DNA from: Catajapyx aquilonaris
Taxonomy: Eukaryota
DNA length: 47,993 nucleotides
Direction of reading: 5' to 3'
NCBI GenBank assembly: GCA_000934665.2
Contig: JYFJ02004652.1
Span: 1 to 47,993, forward strand
Below, in pieces: positions 45,723-47,993 of the stretch (position 1 is the first letter of the stretch; each line of letters begins with the position of its first letter). The notes under the pieces are model-generated. The model was not told the origin of the DNA. It saw only the letters and a list, made by a program, of their open reading frames with translations, and made no database searches. A program made the translations under genes and the position numbers.

Positions 45723-46232
45723 TCTTTATTGCTATTTTTTGTACAGTGTCAGAAATAAAGAGTGTCGTTGCCTCTCCCCCTCTGCCTTTCGATGGATGGG
45801 GGCCCATGGGCAAATGTAAGCTACGTTGACCTCCCCTATCCCCCCAGGGCTTGCCCTGGGGAGATAGGGGAAGGAGAGGGCAACATAACTTACATTGTCC
45901 CACATGCACCCCAACCATCGAAGCCTCACCCTGACCAACAGCAGGCAGAGGTGGGAGGGGCAAGGGACTGGAGTGAACGAATGAGAGACTCTCACAGGAC
46001 TCTGAAAAAAGTTTACAGGAAAAAAGGGGAGGGGCTTAAAGACAGGCTCCGCGACAGCGGACTTTGCAAACACAGGGGCAACCGGGGCCGCCCGAAATTA
46101 CGCCCGGACGACCCCGGCCTTTTTTTCGACGACTAAAACTACGATTTTTCAGCCTGCAAGTTTCCCCCTCATCGACGTCATGCACTTGGCATGACGTCGA
46201 AGGGGGGGAGCCTAAATGCAGGCAGTAAATCG
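45723..46232. other. GC-rich array of four consecutive hairpins of unknown nature
   Basis: Stems at 45723-45761, 45768-45963, 46082-46117 and 46142-46232 (see findings). Confidence 0.7.
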
Positions 46233-46869
46233 ACCTCTCTTCAACATCATGGGCCAAGAAGTATCAGCACATGATGCCGAAAATTGGAAGATTTGTAGGG
46301 GGTTAATGGAGTTGGGAAAGGATGCTGCTGATGACTGGAAAGAGAAGAAAACAAATAGGGATGCAAGACAAATGCTGATCATCAGTCAGGACTGGCTTCC
46401 AGGATGGCACCATCTCAGCAGGCTGCAAATTATTTAACCTGAAACGAGAACAAAAATTAAATTCCAAAACATAATCGAAAAGGGTCAATGCAATTACATG
46501 GAAATTGAACTGATGGCTTCCTGTGCACACAAATGCAGCAAATTTTAGCACCCCAACATTGATATTCCCCAGCCACATACACACCAAAAAAAAAGCTTAA
46601 TTGACATGATCTCGTCAGTTTTCATCGAGAGCAATGCCGAAGCTAATAATGGTCAAGTTGAAGACATCTGCAGAACTGATTCAGCGGAAATGCTGTAAAG
46701 ACAATGAGCAATTCCACCTGCAAAGACTTTGAGCTCAGCACAAAAGGTTTCCCCTCATATCCCAATAGAAAGCAGATACATTCAGAATAGTCATTTTATT
46801 GCAGTCAAGTAATTCTCTCAGGAGCCAACACTCAAATCCACGCAACTGCATTAAGACCTTGGATCTTAA

Positions 46870-47410
46870 TGATACTGACCTATAGCAACATCTCGTTATG
46901 GGCATCATCCTCTAACAAAGCGGTCCTGGAAATCACTGCTGCTCTTCCTCCGCGCAAAAGAAATCTGAAAGCAACAGAGATGCAAGAATGTAAATCAGGT
47001 GAAACAGTTAACACTAAATGCAAGACCCAATATACACTCAAGTGCCAAGTCATGCGATAGAAACCTGAAACTCTATCTGAAGTCACACCACCCTGGCGTG
47101 TATGCTCAGCAGGTTTTGTCGTGAGGCAGGGTGCTGAACACAGCTTATGGCACTGCTTTATGACGATGGGAAATTCCAACAGGCTAATGCAGTTTCATCG
47201 GCAGGTCCAGAAGTGGTTCAAGGAGCATTCTGATGTGGCCAAATAATCCTATCCAGCATTTATGGAACATGGTGAAGAGGTGCAAAATCCTGCCCCTTCA
47301 AGAACCCAGGAAGCTGCAGGTGGCTATCCAGATGGCATGGCTCAACTTACAGAATCAATGCCATGTAAGAGTTACTGCACTTCACAGGGCTAGAGCCTAG
47401 AGGATACCTG
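46870..47410 (+). mobile_element. highly degenerate Tc1-like transposase remnant
   Basis: Fragments across frames: DGKFQQANA (FQQDNA), VQKWFKEH, NPIQHLWNMVKR and ESMP. Confidence 0.65.
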
Positions 47411-47993
47411 TCCCATGACCTTTGGCACTTGAGGGTAATGCAGCATGCATAAACAGATGCACATTAATTCAAAAATTATGCACTATGATCACTAAATTAC
47501 TGCTGAAACTGGCCCAGAAAAATAATTTTCTAATGTTAGGAACTATCAAAAACCATGGTGGTCAGTAGGGTGGAGCGAAAAAAACGAAAGTTGTCCGATT
47601 AAATCGCACGGGGTGTCAAAAGTTGTGTATGGACAAGTATAACACTGGTGAATTTTTTTAGAATTTTCGTACTTCATCTTCATTTGTCACCAGAGCCTTC
47701 AAGTTTCGCAATTTTTTTCGAGAACAACACATATTACAAAATGCAACACGATTTTTGTCCATGGAAATTAATCGCTATTTCCATGTTGGTTAGGTCACTG
47801 GTAACTCATAATTGACCATTCATTTTGTCTGGTATTATTTTGTTTTTGACCTTGGGGCAGTTGCCGTCAAAAAACCAAATTCCTCGAAATAGTGCATATA
47901 GTCCGGTCGAGGAACCGAAACCCGTGCGTTTTTTGAGGGGACCTTTTTTTTATGATCGCAGATCATTTTTGACATCCTAAGGATGAAATTTAG

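Noticed and set aside
46082..46127. Rho-independent terminator-like hairpin plus T run
   Set aside because: Eukaryotic context with no bacterial genes nearby. Treated as part of the hairpin array.
45762..46136. 124-aa ORF in the GC-rich island
   Set aside because: Non-ATG start, no recognisable domain, and explained by high GC in a hairpin region.
47567..47993. Possible end of a DNA transposon (shares AAATCGCACGGG with about 21611)
   Set aside because: Runs off the window, so neither a partner TIR nor a TSD can be verified.
1..47993. CRISPR arrays, operons, prophage or other prokaryotic systems
   Set aside because: No regularly spaced repeat-spacer array, low coding density, and spliceosomal gene structure throughout.

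Overview
Repeat-rich, AT-rich animal nuclear DNA, most likely from an arthropod or other invertebrate. It has spliceosomal GT-AG introns, tRNA-derived SINEs and Tc1/mariner relics, and no prokaryotic features, rRNA, true tRNA or CRISPR. Genes I can support: (1) an intact 11-coding-exon GMC oxidoreductase (glucose dehydrogenase-like, 632 aa) on the minus strand, 8447-13735, with a partial duplicate at about 21.1-21.6 kb; (2) three related F-box/LRR-type single-coding-exon genes (5802, 31489, 34726), one with a decayed F-box; (3) an intronless, diverged CFAP20/BUG22 copy with an N-terminal extension (32827-33558); (4) two orphan ORFs, one acidic (2261-3064) and one Pro-rich (24679-25380). The most striking observation is that four plus-strand genes with different coding sequences (2261, 5802, 24679, 34726) share a similar non-coding first exon, splice donor and acceptor, and three of them start MAAN, which suggests one expression cassette reused with different payloads. 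Other highlights are a GC-rich four-hairpin array at 45.7-46.2 kb, a head-to-tail Helitron-like junction with a conserved outward-facing CCAAT/TATA cassette, an RTE-like 5' leader that may be an HDV-like ribozyme, a 1-kb intronic palindrome and modular SINEs. All calls were made by eye, with no database searches.
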